Below the pieces are notes generated by a model. It was not told the DNA's origin. It did no database searches and saw nothing but the letters and a program-made list of their open reading frames with translations. The translations under genes were made by a program, and so were the position numbers. DNA of 64,000 nt. It comes from Lama glama (lineage: Eukaryota). The stretch's first letter is position 1; each line of letters starts with the position of its first letter. Shown here piece after piece: positions 40,190-54,185 of the stretch. The stretch spans positions 28,584,001 to 28,648,000 of the forward strand of contig CM052816.1 of the NCBI GenBank assembly GCA_028534125.1, in the 5' to 3' direction.

Positions 40190-43100
40190 ATGGACTCCAG
40201 CCTGCAAAAAGATGACTGCACTGGCGTGCTTTTCTCTATTATTCTCACCAAGTACCACCAAAAACCATGGACAGTATATATAAAATGAACATAAGAGGAC
40301 TCTAACAGGGGGGAAAAGAAGGAAGAACAGCTAGGGACTTCAAGACTGAAGGAGAAAGAAGGTAGCAGGTTTTTGATTTTCTTTTTGCTATATATATATC
40401 TCTCAGACTTGTTGCTAAAGAAGCCAGCAAGCTGGAAATACCACACAAAAAAAGGCCCAATAAAACTTTCTCCCTCCTACCAAATCACCAGGAAAAGAAT
40501 AGCCCAGCAAGACAGAAAAGTTTAAACAATATCTGCTCTACCTTAACCTAACACCACAGAAAAACTGTGGCTCCTCTCCCACCTGCACCAACAAAGGCCA
40601 GGTGGGGAACCTAGACTTCCACCCTCAAGAGGCTATAAAGGGGCACCTTAATACTTCCACTGAGGTAGTATCAGAAAAGACTGAGTAAGAAGCCAGTCCT
40701 GACTTTCATACCCAAACTACAGTTAGGAGTAGCCCTCCCTCCTGCACAATATCTTCCCTTTCTCGGGTGTCAACAAAGGAGAGCAGGGAAATGACATTTC
40801 TACCCACTCTGGCAGTATTGATGTGTTGCATTCACTTTCCAGACTTTCACAACATAACCCAAAATGTCTAGGTTTCAGTTGGAATCACTCATCATACCAA
40901 GAATCAAGAAGTTTCCAAACCGAATAAAAAAAGAAGAGAAAATAGATGTGCACACCTTGATGATAGAAATATCAAAAAATTGAAGACAGTCATCACAAAA
41001 AATGCTTTGATGAATAATTAAGAACATGCTTGAAACAAATGAAAAAATAAGACAAAGACCCAGCAAAGAAATCAAAGACATAAATAAGAGTCAAAAGTAA
41101 ATTTTAGCAGTGAAAAATACAGTAATTAAAATTAAAAATTCAGTGAATGGGCTCAACAAGAAAATGGCAGGGATATAAAGAAGGGACCCTTGGATTTAAC
41201 TGGATATTACAGATTGGACATGATAATCAAAATGATTCAAACTGAACAAGATATAGAAATAGACTGCAAATAACAACAATAAACAAAAGAGGCTCAGGGA
41301 TCCATGGAACCATAACCGAAGACGTAACATTAATTTCACTGAAGTCACAGAAGAAGAGGAAAAAGACAGCAGGACAAGAAAAAACTCAGTCAAAAAGTAA
41401 TGGCTGAAAATGTCCCATATTTGTCAAAAGACATACAGGTAAGAAATGTACAGTGTGGAGAATATGGTCAATAACTATGTAATAACTTTGTGTGGTGACA
41501 GACAATAACTGGATTTATCATGGTGATCATTTTGTATTGTACATAAATATCAAATCTCTATGCTGTGTGTCAGGAACTAACAAAGTATTGTTGGTTAGTT
41601 ATACTTCAAAAACAAACAAACAAACTCATAGAAAAAGAGATCAGATTTGTAGCTACCAGAGGCGGGGAAGGGAAAATTGGATTAAGGTAGTCAAAAGATA
41701 CAGATTTCCAGTTATAAGATAAATAAGTACTAGGGATTTAATGTACACCATTGTAAACATAATAACACTATTGTATATTATATATGAGAGTTGAGATAGT
41801 AAATCCTCAGAGTTTTCATTACAAAAAATTCTTTTTTTCTATGTCTTTAGTTTTGCATCTATATGAGATGACTGATGTTTACTAAACATACTGTGGAAAT
41901 CATTTCATGAACTATTGAAGTCAAATCATTATGCTGTACACCTTAAATTTATACAATGCTGTACATAAATTATCAATAAAACTGGAAGAAAGAAAAAAAC
42001 TTTTTAAAAAGACATAGACCTACAGATTCAGGAAAATGAGCAAACTTCAAATGGGATTAAAAATAAATCCAAATCAAGATATACCTTAGTCAACTTTCTG
42101 AAAGCTAAAGACAAAATAATGAAAGAAGTGAGAGAAAAATAACACCTTATCTACAGGGGAAAATTATTTTGAGATACAGAAAATTTCTAATCAGAAAATC
42201 AGAAACCATGAAGATAAGAAGGAACGGGAACAATATTTTTCAAGCACTTAAAGAACTATTCACCCAGGATCCTATAACCTGTGAAAATATTCTTAAGGAA
42301 TGAAAGGGAAATCAAGATATTTCCAGATGAAGGAAAGCTAAGAGAATTAATCACTAAAAGACCTTTTTCCTAAAAAGTGACCGAAAGAAATACTCTAAAC
42401 AAAAAGGAAATAATAAGAAAAGGGCCCTTAAAACATCTGGAAAGAAGAAATAATACAGTAAACAAAATCATGGGTAAATAAAATAGATATTCCTTTCCTC
42501 TTGAGTTTCCCAATTTATGTTTGACGGTGGAATAAAAAAAGTGTAACTATCTGATGTGGTTCCAAATATATGCACAGAAAATATTTAAGGCATATATACC
42601 ATAAATGAAGGAGAGTGCATAAAGGGAGATAAGGTTTCTCTACTGTACTCAGATTGGTAAACTGACAACAATAGACTGTGATAAACTATGCATATATAAT
42701 GTAATACCTAAAACTACCACCAAAAAAGAAGTTATAAGAAGAAATAAACTTAAAAAACATTATAGCTAAACTAAAACAGAATTCTAAAAATGTTCAAGTA
42801 ACACACAAGAAGTCAGGAAAAAGTAAACACTGACACCAAAAGCAAAGAAAACAAAGAGGAAACAAAATCTAAAATAACAGACTAAAAACTTAATATGCCT
42901 GTAACCATATTAAATACGAATAATCTAAACACATGAAATAAAAGAGATTAATAATGTGAATGATGTAAATCCAGAATAAGCTCATGCTTGCATTAAAAAA
43001 AATGAAAAGTCTAAAATTAATCACCTAAGCTCCTGCTGCAAGAACCTAGGAAAAAAAAAAAAAAACTAAAGCAGAAGAAAGTTAGTACTAAATGTCAGAG

Positions 43101-44897
43101 CAGAAATCAATGAAATTAAAAATTAAGCAAAAATATAGAAAATCAATGGAATAATGAGCTGATTCTTTGAAAGATCAATAAAATTGACAGTCCTCTAAAG
43201 AATAACAAAGAAAATAAGAGAAACAATACAAATTACTAGTATCAGGAATAAAATTTGGGCTATCACCACAGGTCCTACTAACATCAAAACAACAAAAAGA
43301 GCTCTACAGATGTAAGTTTGATAAGTTGGATAAAACTGACCAATTTCTTGAAAAACATAAGCTACCATCCTTAATCAATATAAAACAGATAATTTGAATA
43401 ATGTTATAACCATTAAGGAAATTCAAACAATAATTTTAAAATCCCCAAAAAGGAGAATCTCCACACCCAGATGGAGAATTCTATTGAACATTCAAAGAGA
43501 AATTAATGTAAATTTAGCACAGTCTCTTCCAGAAAATAGATGAGGGAAGTAAGTTAATGGAAGAAAGTCAGCCTTTTCAACAAATGGTGCTGAAACAAGT
43601 GGATATCCATACGCAAAACAATGAACCTCAACTTAAGTCTCACATCTTATACAATGGTTAACTCAAAATGGATCACAAACTCAAATGTAAAATGTAAAAA
43701 CACAAAATTTGAGGAAAAATAAGAGAAAAATTCAGGATTTAGTGCTGGGAAAGTTCATTACTGAACACAAATAGTATGATGCATAAAATGAAAAATTGAT
43801 AAACTGAACTTCATCAAATTTTAAAACTTTTGTTCTAAGAAAGACCATGTGAAGAAAATAAAAAGACAAGTGACAGAATATATTAGGTGTGAATATATTA
43901 GAAGATCAAATATCTGACAAAGGACTAGTATCTAAAATACATAAACACTTATGAAAACTCAACAGGTAAAAAATAAACAATCTAAATGAAAAATGAATAA
44001 AAGAAAGCAACATTTCTTTCACCAAAGATTATATACACCTCACAAGTAAGCAAATGAAAAGATGCTCATTATCAGCCATCAGGGTATGCAGACTAAAATC
44101 ACAATAAAGTATCACTAAACATCTATCAAAAGGCTAAGATAAAAGTAGTGACAACATTAAATGCTGGTGAGAATGCAGAGAAACTGAAAAACTGAATCAC
44201 TCAAACATGGTTAGTGGGATCGAAAATGGTAAAGCAAGTCTGGAAAACCATTTGACAGTTCTTTTAAAACAAAACATGGAACTGCCATATAATCCAGCAA
44301 TTGTACTCTTGGGCATTTATCTAAGAGTAATAAAATTTTATGTTCACACAAAAATTTACACAGAAACGTTTATAGTACCTTTTTAAATAAAAGCCCCAAA
44401 CTGGAAACAACACAGATGTCTTTCAACAGGTGAGGGTTAAACAAGGGATGGTAAATCTATACCATTGAAAACTAGCCATCAGTAAAAAGAAACAAACTAT
44501 TGACTTAGAAAACTACATGATTCTCCAGAGAATTATGATGAGTCAGCCAATCCCAAAAGGTTATATAATGTACGATTCTATTTATATAACCATCTTGAAA
44601 TGATCAATTGTAAAAATGGAGAACACATTAGAGATTGTCAGGGGTTGCGGGGGTAGTGGGGACAGTAAGGAAGCGGGCAGGGCTATAAAAAGGCAACAGG
44701 AGCTCTTCTTGTGGTGATGGAACTATTCTGTATCTTGACTAGATCAATGCCAATATCCGGGTTGTGACACTGTACTACAGTCTTGCAGGATATTATCACT
44801 GGAGCAAACTGGGTAAAGGTACATGGGATCTCCCTATATTATTATTATTATATACTGCATATTAATCTGTAAATCTCTCAAAATCAAAAGCTTAAAC
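40190..44897 (+). mobile_element. Old L1 (L1MD-like) with 5' region, decayed ORF1, internally deleted ORF2 and 3' end
   Basis: ORF1-like remnants lie at ~41.0-42.4 kb. ORF2 remnants are 'TILNTNNLNT' (42904), 'LFQKIDEG' (43524) and 'SLFNKWC' (43569). The 3' end is L1MD-type: 'ttctgtatcttgactagatcaatgccaatatccgggttgtgacactgtac...aactgggtaaaggtacatgggatctc'. Confidence 0.85.
41436..42006 (+). mobile_element. Younger L1 3' UTR fragment nested in the L1MD ORF1
   Basis: L1MA9/laurasiatherian-type 3' UTR ('ccagttataagataaataagtactaggga...tgctgtacaccttaaa...aataaaactgg'). TSD aaaagacata lies at 41426-41435 and 42007-42016. Confidence 0.85.
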
Positions 44898-47239
44898 AAA
44901 TGAAAGTAGTATCAATTATTGAAGACTTTGCTAAAGCAAGACATAAGAAAAATGTAACCATTTAGGTATAAAACAGTCTGTAACACAATCAATAAGGCTT
45001 TTTTGTTTTGTTAACTAAAAATGAAACAAACGAAAACTAATAATACTTCCAAAAACTAACCTTAGAAAACTGAACAGTATGTGTTTTCCATATATGAATT
45101 GAAAAGAAAGGTGTACAAAGAGACTGAACACTATAATTTATGAACCCCATTTCCATTTTTTGTAATACTATGTACTTGCTTCATTGCAATTCACCGATTA
45201 ATAAGACGTTCTTAGATTTTGTTATCAAGGCTTTATGATCTTGGAAGTGAACTCATTCCCTTAAAGTGGTAGATAGTTTTAAAAAGGAGATAAATAAATA
45301 GAGAGTGTGTGTCCTTAGGTTTCATATTTAAATTAATACAGAATATACAAGAAGAAAAAATGATTTAAGGTATAGCATTTCTAATGCATTTTCAGGCTAA
45401 CAGATTTCAAAGAAAATTAATCACAGCCTAGTCATTTTCCACTCTTTTCAGGTGACTTCTCATGCTATACTCAATGTGACAAGAGACAACATTAAAAACT
45501 AAATCTAGACAGAATTTACACCAGTATCTACAAAAGGCTCACTAGTTATGATGAACAACTTCACAATGGTTGGTCTATATTTTGAATGACACATCATTGT
45601 TTCATATAAGAAAACTTCAGAAAATCCATAGCAGGTACGAACAGCATATGTTATAAGCACATAAATATTCCTGTTAGTGTCTCCTTAAAAATAGGATTTG
45701 CCATCGTCCAGAATGCATCTCCAGCAAACATAGGATGAAAAGTATACCTAATTTACATGTATTTATTACATGGTCCTTTTTAAAAATAATTTTTCACTAA
45801 TGAAATGCTTCAAACTGAGTATAATCAGTATTTATCATAATATTTTTTCTGGAGCTATGAGAAACAATTTAAAGAAAAATATGATGTAAACTGTTACAAA
45901 AGCTCAATTATATAAAAGATATAAGGAAATACTTTTAAAGCCACTGCTCTAAATGAGCTAAGAATTATCCTAAAATGTAGCATCTTAGTAAGTTAATTAA
46001 AATTTCATTGTAAGTATAAAGTAGTAGAAGTACATAATTACTTATTTAAAATGGAAACGAAATATTTATGAAATGATTTACTCAAGTCTGACAATCATTT
46101 TTTAAAATTTTGATCAAAATAAAAATTACTTCCCTGAAATTTAGGGAAGGAGAAATGTATATATCCCTTTTTACCTTCTGCCTTAGAAGCAGACATATTT
46201 TTACCAACATATATATATATATATATGTATACAAATTTTAAATCCAATAACTATATTGACATTATCATGCAAAATTTATATTATATAATTACATAAAGTA
46301 AATATGTATTGTGCAGTCTAAAACAACTACTTAATAATATAGGCACCAACTTCCTAATTATTTCACCCTTAGTAATAGAGAATATGAGAAATAAAACTCT
46401 ATATGATACATATTATTCTATAAATTCAAAACAGCATTATACCATCGTCTTCAAATTTACATAGACGGAAAGGAGGATGTATCCTGAAAACCCCACATTT
46501 CTAAAGCTTATAGTTGTAAGAAATGACACACTGGGGTTTTTTTGTTGTTGTTGTTACTTTCAACACTTGAACTGACAATTATTTAAAATATTTTATGCAT
46601 TTGCCTGATTTTTTAAAACAGAGTACGATACTGGTAATTTTACTTTGGATATCTTAAATAATTGAGGAGTAGAAATATTTTCTACTATTAACAAATATGG
46701 TTAGTCATTCTTGTGCATTTGCTTTTATTTTTAAGTCATTCTGGGTTTTCCCTTATTGTTAGGCTGTATGCTTCTGTTTCATACTACTGCCGGTACACAA
46801 GCAGCTAGAGGGAAAAGAAAATCTGCAACTCATTCTAATCTGGTATCTATAACATGCCATGGACTTAAAACCAAGATTGTTAATATTTTTGCCAACTACG
46901 ACCAAGCTGGAATTAACTGAAATAAAGTAAACTTGGTTTAGTGCATGATCTTTGCACAAATTAGTTAAGAACAATTTATGTAACTTTCAGACATTTCTTT
47001 TCTCTCTTAATTTCAGGGCATTGGCTACACTCTAACACTTGAGGTAGCTGGAAATTTGTGATAAGCTAAATGGTCCATTATTATTCTATTTAAGTTTTTT
47101 TATTGACAAACACAATCGAAAGTGATATATCCATGAATTTGCCATTGGGCAAATTTTGCTATAGGCTAAAGACTTCACTAAATGTGAGTTTCTTGTTTTT
47201 ATGACAACTTCTGATATTTATTCAATCTATCTGATCAAG

Positions 47240-47330
47240 ACTGTTTTCCAAAATGTTCCACAGAATGCTAGTTCTGACAGATGGCCTCCAAAAAGCAGAA
47301 TCCTTAATCCAATAAGCTTGGGAATTAATG
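47240..47330 (+). mobile_element. hAT-Charlie MITE fragment (MER103C-like)
   Basis: 'ctgttttccaaaatgttccacagaatgctagttctgacagatg...aataagcttgggaa'. Confidence 0.55.
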
Positions 47331-47599
47331 CCAAATATACTGAGTGTGATAAAACCTCTGTACGTAAGAAACTCTGTGTGTGTATTTGTCTGTCTGTGTG
47401 TGAGTAAAACCTATTTGATGAAGTGAATATCCTATAAACCTTAGCTTGAAAAACAAGAATCTGGAAAGAGTGAAGTTGTGGCCAAGACAACACTGGATTT
47501 ATCAAGTCCCAAAGGATTTTATTCATCATGTGTTTATAAGAAGACTTTATTTTCCTTGCATTTTGGTTGGGGCTACAGTTCTGTATGCTCAGGCAATTT

Positions 47600-47847
47600 G
47601 TGTCATTTGCAGACTAAAGGACAGAAGCGTGGGAATAAAGTCTTGCATTCTTTTATTTTTCCCCCTGGAAATGATGTGTTCAGATAGCAATATTCCAAGA
47701 GCCTGGGTCCCTGAGCACCTCCTTGAAGCAGAGCTCCCTGCCAACTTGCATTGGAAAGTATAGTATTTTGGACAAATAAACCTTCGTTAAGAGACTTCAG
47801 GATTAATTTATCACTGCAGTATAAGCTAACCTACCTTAACCAATATA
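47600..47847 (+). mobile_element. MaLR LTR fragment (MLT1I/J/K-like)
   Basis: 'agcctgggtccctgagcacctccttgaagcagagctccctgccaacttgcattgga...aaataaacct...actgcagtataagctaacctaccttaaccaata' matches the MLT1 3' end. Confidence 0.75.
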
Positions 47848-49417
47848 TCAGTTATTCTGATTCTGTGAAAGTAACACAAAAGGAGTTGATATAAGACTTA
47901 AATTATACATGCTCAGATACTGAAAATTTCTTACTCACTCTTTCGTAGGTCTTCACTACTACATGATAGGCACTGCTCTAACCTAAGAGGGTAAATTAAT
48001 GTAAAAGAATATAAGATCCTTACTCTCATGGAACGTATTCCCAGACTATAAGGTAGGAAATGCCCAGAGGGTAATATGATCATTTAAAAAAAGATGGCAA
48101 TGTTCTTATTAGACAATCATATCTATAATTTCTGTCCCCCTGCTAAATTTTATTCAAAATATACTGAAATTATGACAGTAATGGCAACAAAATGAAGCCT
48201 TATTAATTTTTTGTTAGAATGATAGATAAGACACTACATCAAATTTGGATATTTCTTGGTTCTCTTTAGTAGTGGAAACCTATCTGAGTATAATCATTAA
48301 ACAATTTCAAAATTTATTTTGGAAAAGAAATATTCTAGGCAAATTAAAACAAATTTTACTTAATTCCATAAAAATACTACTATCTAAAATTTTCTTTATC
48401 ACTAGTTAAATTCTGTGCATTGATAACAACACTTTTATTAAGAAGCTTTGCTTAAATGCACAAAAACATCTTTTCTTAATTATATTCCTAGCCATGTTAA
48501 TGCACAATGTGTTGAGAAAAGCAATATGCTTCCATCTGTATTGATAAAAGCAATGTGCTTTATACTTTATAGAAAATATATTAATATAATGCATTATTAC
48601 TTTTATCTCTACTCTCAAAAAACAAAAGATCTCACAGAGAATTCCAGGAGAATTTCATAATACACATGTGTACTAAATACTTCTCTTACGCTAAAAATGG
48701 AACCAATACCTATAATGATACATTTTAAGATGCTGGTTTAGTGTCTGTGTTAATTTGAAAATTAACAAATATCAAAGGGAAGTAAATCAGCCAAAGTGCT
48801 GCCTGCCATGTACTTTATGGTCAAAAAGTAGCAGCTCACTGCCAGACTGAGAGCTATGCCGGGTGCCTTAGAGGAGGCTTTTTGAAGGTATGAATTCAAT
48901 CAGTCCTCCCACATTTTCTACTGGTAGAGAGTGAAAGAAGGCAATTTTATATAACTGCATAGGAGATCAAACTTTCTGACTAAAAAGTACTTAACTGGCT
49001 TAGATCTCCTCACAATTTAAGACAATCATCACATTGTATCAAGTTAGTAAATAATGACCTACCTTCACTAAATCTTATCACAGTGTCCTAACTATATATG
49101 AAGCATCTTATAACTACATTTTTTATTCAATGATAGACCTTGCTCTGTTTTCCTTTTCTCTCTGCAATTCAGTTCAGGTGTCAGTGCTTTTTCATTAAAT
49201 CCCCCTTTTCTTCCTATCAATCTTCGTGAGGAAAGAAGACACAAGACCAGGAACCAGTAAGAACTTACGGTTGGAGACGTTTCAAATCTAAGAAAGATTT
49301 AGCGTTATAATATGGGAGTTAACTCTATTAAATAATACTACATTAGTGGACTGACAAAAAGAAAATTGTTACGAGTAGGAATTTAGATAGGTTTCCAGTA
49401 ACTATCCCCAACCTCAT

Positions 49418-49436
49418 CACACACACACACACACAC
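49418..49436. repeat. (CA)9 microsatellite
   Basis: Seen directly in the sequence. Confidence 0.9.
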
Positions 49437-51579
49437 GAAAATCCAAGAAATGTAATTGGTCAACTCAGTCTTCAGTGCAGAGCATATAAGAACCCAGGGA
49501 TTCTAAGAAGTTGTTGGTGAGTAATGGAATTCATTAGACATTATAGTTACAAATGTTAGTGACTTCAGGAAGCAGGTGTTAAACTTTCAAGGATTTTGGT
49601 GCTACTGTCTGTAATGAAACAGTCCCAGATAGGCACACTGTTCCATATTATTCTGTATGTTTTTTTAAAAGTGTAAGTGTTGCCAAGGGCATACAATGCA
49701 GCCTGTGTTATGAATAAGGTTAAAGCACAAATAAATACTCCCTAAAAACTTACAGGGTGAATATTCAGTAATAAATTCCTTTTTAAAATGTACTAATAAC
49801 TTTAATATCAAAGTACTTCCAGAAAGTAGATAAAGCTTAGAAAACAATGTCTCTGAAAGTCACTGAAAATAATTTATTCTACTTTTTTTTAACTTCATCT
49901 GACTACAAGCAACTGAAATAACAGGCATCAAAGTAGTTTAAAAACCATAGGGCATTAATCAAACGTAAGTAATATTACTATAGGTCAGCCTAGAAAAATT
50001 AACTTCAAACACCAGCCTCTGATTTTTAGAAATTGGCAAAGAGTAATAATTTAGCTAGGCTTACAATTTAAAATTAATTTCTCTTCTATAAATGCTAGTG
50101 ATTATTAATATTCTATATAAATAATAATAGTATTTATTTATTTTTACTTATTTGTTGTTCCTTGTGATACCCTGGTTATTTCTTAAGGAAGCTTGCAACC
50201 GATGTATTTAGATAATGATTCAATATATTAAAGTAAAATAATATCAATTATTTTAATGTTTTCATTTCTAATTTCAAAGAGACTCTTCTAGTTAATAATT
50301 TTTTTTCCATTTCTAGCATGTGGGAAGCTTTCTGTTCGTATCCAAATGGCCCAACTAAAATCTACACTTCAGTTTTAACAGTTGAGAAAATTTTTGTAAT
50401 ATGGTATGGTCTCTGAAGACAGACGTTCAGGAAGTCCAATATTTTCCCTGACTGAAGTGGACACACTGAAAATATACATATTAAAAGACCAACATGACCA
50501 GACACCCACAGGAAAGGGGAGAGTGTTTTTCATACAGCACATTAAAAGCGTGGCATCTGGACAATGCAATCTCCAGAATAAATGAAAGAAATATCAGGTT
50601 AAGAAGGCCTTATTTCTTCATTAATATCTGTCTTCAGAATCTGAATAGACTAATTCTAAGTACTCATATTTTTGAACACTAGAGGGAGCACCTAAAAGAA
50701 AAAGAAGCCAAATACTGATAGTACCTAGCTCTTGAGTGTTTCACATACTTTTGGGTGTTTGCAACAAACTGCTTGCTTATTTCCTACAGATGTAGTGGAA
50801 TGATTAAAATGTATTTAAACAGTATCCAATATCTCCAATATCTCTTTTTATGTGTCATTTTCCAGTTAATTTAAAATTTGTAATGACTAATGGCAAGAAA
50901 GGTACACAATATTCAAGAAGCAGAAAAACACAGTGAAAGCTATAAAAAGTAGACACGTTTCCCCCTCATTTTAGTTTACATATTCGACTAGAAGAAAACA
51001 GTTATATCCTATATGCTTCAAAGGGTTCAAAATGACATCCCTGAGCCTTAGGGAATAATGGGTACTCTCAAATCAGAGCCAGACTTGCCTGAAGATGAAG
51101 GCTTGAAGTTACACCACATTTAGGGTTTATATAGACATGATGCCTCTAGAATTTCCATACAAGAGGGCTAACATGGGAGCCACTGGTTGGGAGTCAAGGA
51201 GGGTGAGGACTTGATGAGTGAATACTTTTTCAACACTTAGAACTCTGCCTGACACATAGTTAAGCATTCAATGTATTAGCTGATATTGAGACATCCTCTG
51301 TGCATGTCAAAGAATAAGACTGGTCTGGGTTTAGTGGAATGGGTTTAAAGAGGGTAGTAGATTATAAAAGTCAAAGCAGAGGAACAAGAGCTTCCTCCAC
51401 CCAACCTACAAACTACACCATATGTAAAGGCAGGAAGAGAAAGAATCCACGCAAAAAGCATTTGACAAGCATCTACTATATATTCCTTCCCTGTAACTAG
51501 TAGACATACAGTGGAAAGTAAAAGGTAATAGTTTGATCCCTGAGAACATCAATGGAACAAAAATTGGAAGAGATACAGT

Positions 51580-53350
51580 TATTCATGAATTGATTTAATG
51601 AGCACCTACCACATGACAGCCAGTGCTCTAGGAAGTTGAGATATATAAAGGAATAAAACAAAGGGCACTGACCTCTAGGAGCTGACAGTCGGGATGTGGG
51701 AAACAAACAAACAAGAAACACTAGAAATAGACTGTTTAGTATAGCAGAGCCAGTAACAAGGAAAAAAGAAAAGGTGAGACGTAGGGAAAGAAAAATAGGG
51801 AATGCTAGAGTATATAGCAACACATGGAGTTGCCAGAATCAGCCATGGCGGGATGACACTTGAGCAAAACCTGAATGAGGTAAAAGAGCAGTAGAATGGA
51901 GTCTGCCATGAAAACAAACACACATGACATTCATTCCTGAAATAGCAAGATCAGTGTGAGTGAAGTCAGGAAGGCTGGAGAGAAAGTAGCAAAAAGAAAG
52001 TGAAAGTGATAGTGGGGGTGAAGGAAAATCTCAGGCCTCATTACCATTTTAAGTACTTTTGACTTTCAGTAAAATGGTTAAGGTCAGAAGAGTAATTCAG
52101 TCTAGATTTACCCAGACTACTGGGCTACAAAAAAAAAAAAAAAAAAAAAAAAGCTTAAGGAAGCAAGAGAGAAGAACAGGCTATTATAGCAACCCAAAGA
52201 GGAGAGGATGTTGGCTTGGACTAGGGTGGTTAACAGTGGAGATGAGAATTGGTCAAATTCTGGAAACATTTTTTAATGTTCTTTTTTAAATTCATTTCTT
52301 AAGTATTTAATTAATTTCTGGGTTTTTTTTTTTTTGTTGTTGTTGTTGTTGTTGTCCTATTTTGAAGAGGTAATTTAGGTTTCTTTTTTAATCAATTTAA
52401 TGGAGACAATGGGGATTGAACCCAGGACCTCGTGCATGCTAAACACACACTCTACCAGGGAGCTATACCCTTCGCACTGGAAACATTCTGAAGGCAGAGC
52501 CAACCAGACTGTCTAATGAATTGCATACAATGTATGAGAGAAAGGAGTTGATAATGACTAACACAATCTATTAACTGGGAAGGACTCCAAAGGATTAGGT
52601 TTTGAGGAAAGGAGGAAATCAGTGTTCAGTTTGGGGCATGAAATGTGAAGGTCTCTCAGACACCCAAGTAAAGATGTGAGAAGACCATACAACTTTAAAA
52701 GAAGGGTCTGGGCTGGAGATACAAATTTGGAAGTCATAGGTCTATAAATGAAATTTAACCTCAAGACTGAATAAAAATACCAAAAAGGGGAGTTTAAATA
52801 TTGAAAAAAAGAGGATCAAATTTGAGCTCAGACATCTTAGAGGAGGAATAAGCAAAGGTAACTAAGAAAAATCAGTGAGGTGAGAAAGCACTGTATTCTT
52901 CAAGCAAACTAAAGAAAGATTATAAAAGACAGTCAAACACTGCTGATAGATTAAATAAGATTAGAAGTAAAAACTGATTATTTGAACACAGAGTTACTGA
53001 CAACCTTGACAGAGGCAGTTTGAGTGTAATGGTTAGAGTATAGCTCTGATCAGAGTGGGTTCAAAGAAGAACGGTAGGAAACAAGTGATGGCCAGTATAG
53101 ACAATTCAAGTTGTTTTTTGGTTTTTGTTTTTTTTTTTTTTTGGCAAAGGAGAGCTAAGAAGTGGGATGGTAATTTTCAGGGGAAGTGGGGTCAAGAGGG
53201 GATTTTACTATTATCTTTATTTTCATTTTTCTGCTGATGGGAATCATCTGGGGGAGAGTGAACAGAGGAGATAGGTGAGAATTGTTAGTGAGTTTCTTGA
53301 GTAAATGAGAAAGAACAGGCTCTCATGCACAAGTGGAATGATTGGCTTTT
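51580..53350 (-). mobile_element. L2 LINE (interrupted by a SINE)
   Basis: Antisense tail 'tttaatgagcacctaccacatgacagccagtgctctagg' and body 'gggtctgggctggagatacaaatttggaagtcatagg'. ORF 52558-52764 resembles decayed L2 RT. Confidence 0.85.
52271..52476 (-). mobile_element. Second Vic-1-like tRNA-derived SINE with long compound tail and TSD
   Basis: 'ggggattgaacccaggacctcgtgcatgctaaacacacactctaccagggagctataccc'. TSD ctggaaacatt lies at 52260-52270 and 52477-52487. Confidence 0.88.
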
Positions 53351-53639
53351 AGCCCTTTAACACCTTTAATAAGTGTTACTCAGAACTGGACTCTCAAGTT
53401 TAAGCTCCTCATCAGATACCAAGAGTGAGACTTTAAAAATACCGTATTGAAGATTACAGAGAAAGGTTACCATTTTTTTTAAAAAGGCATAAACGAGGAG
53501 CAATTGTGAAGGAACATAGACAAATACAACAGACTGATACAGTGACCATAAACATGAGGAATCTAGATTTCAAGTTGGGTAAAAACTGTAATAAAGTCCA
53601 GATTTTCTGGGATGGTCTCTGTGTCACTCACTGAAAAAA

Positions 53640-53970
53640 GGAAGAGATAAGGCCAAATTGGAAAAACAGGACTGCTGAATGTCAGGCTGAAGGCTGGGTT
53701 TGTTCATTTGACATTTTAAGTATCAGAAGGATAGTGTGTGATCTTTTAAGCAGGGGAGTGGCTTGAAGAAAACAGTGCATTAAGAAGATTAATCTGGTAG
53801 TGTTCAAAGAGTGAATCGGTAGAGGAGAACAAAAGACGGAGAGATTAGCTCTGGGGCTATTAAAACATCATCCTTGAAATTACTAGCATACAGATTAAAG
53901 AATTGGCAGTGGGAAGGAAGGCAGCCAACCTGAAATCCCCTGTTTAGAAGAATCAACAAGACTTAATGAT
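53640..53970 (-). mobile_element. L2 fragment
   Basis: 'tgaatgtcaggctgaagg...ttttaagcaggggagtggc...aagaagattaatctggtag...agaatcaacaagacttaatga'. Confidence 0.55.
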
Positions 53971-54039
53971 TTTATGCTCTTGTACCATGTACTTTTCTTT
54001 CACATCCTTGAACACTCCTTAATAAATACTATTTCTGTT

Positions 54040-54185
54040 ATTGTTTGAATAATATCTTCCCACCAGCATCTAAGTTTCAGATGTCAGGGGCCATGTATGT
54101 GTTGCTCAATATTTTATTTTTATTGCCTTGCATATGGCCCTGCATATAGTACACATTTAAGGAAAATTTCCAGTAAGTGAATAAG
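54040..54185 (+). mobile_element. L2 3' end
   Basis: 'taagtttcagatgtcaggggccatgtatgtgttgctca...catatggccctgcatatagtacacatt'. Confidence 0.5.

Noticed and set aside
46487..46540. Imperfect hairpin (9-bp and 7-bp stems)
   Set aside because: The arms are short, bulged and low complexity, as expected by chance.
50300..50480. Minus-strand acceptor tattttcag at 50466
   Set aside because: No convincing downstream donor.
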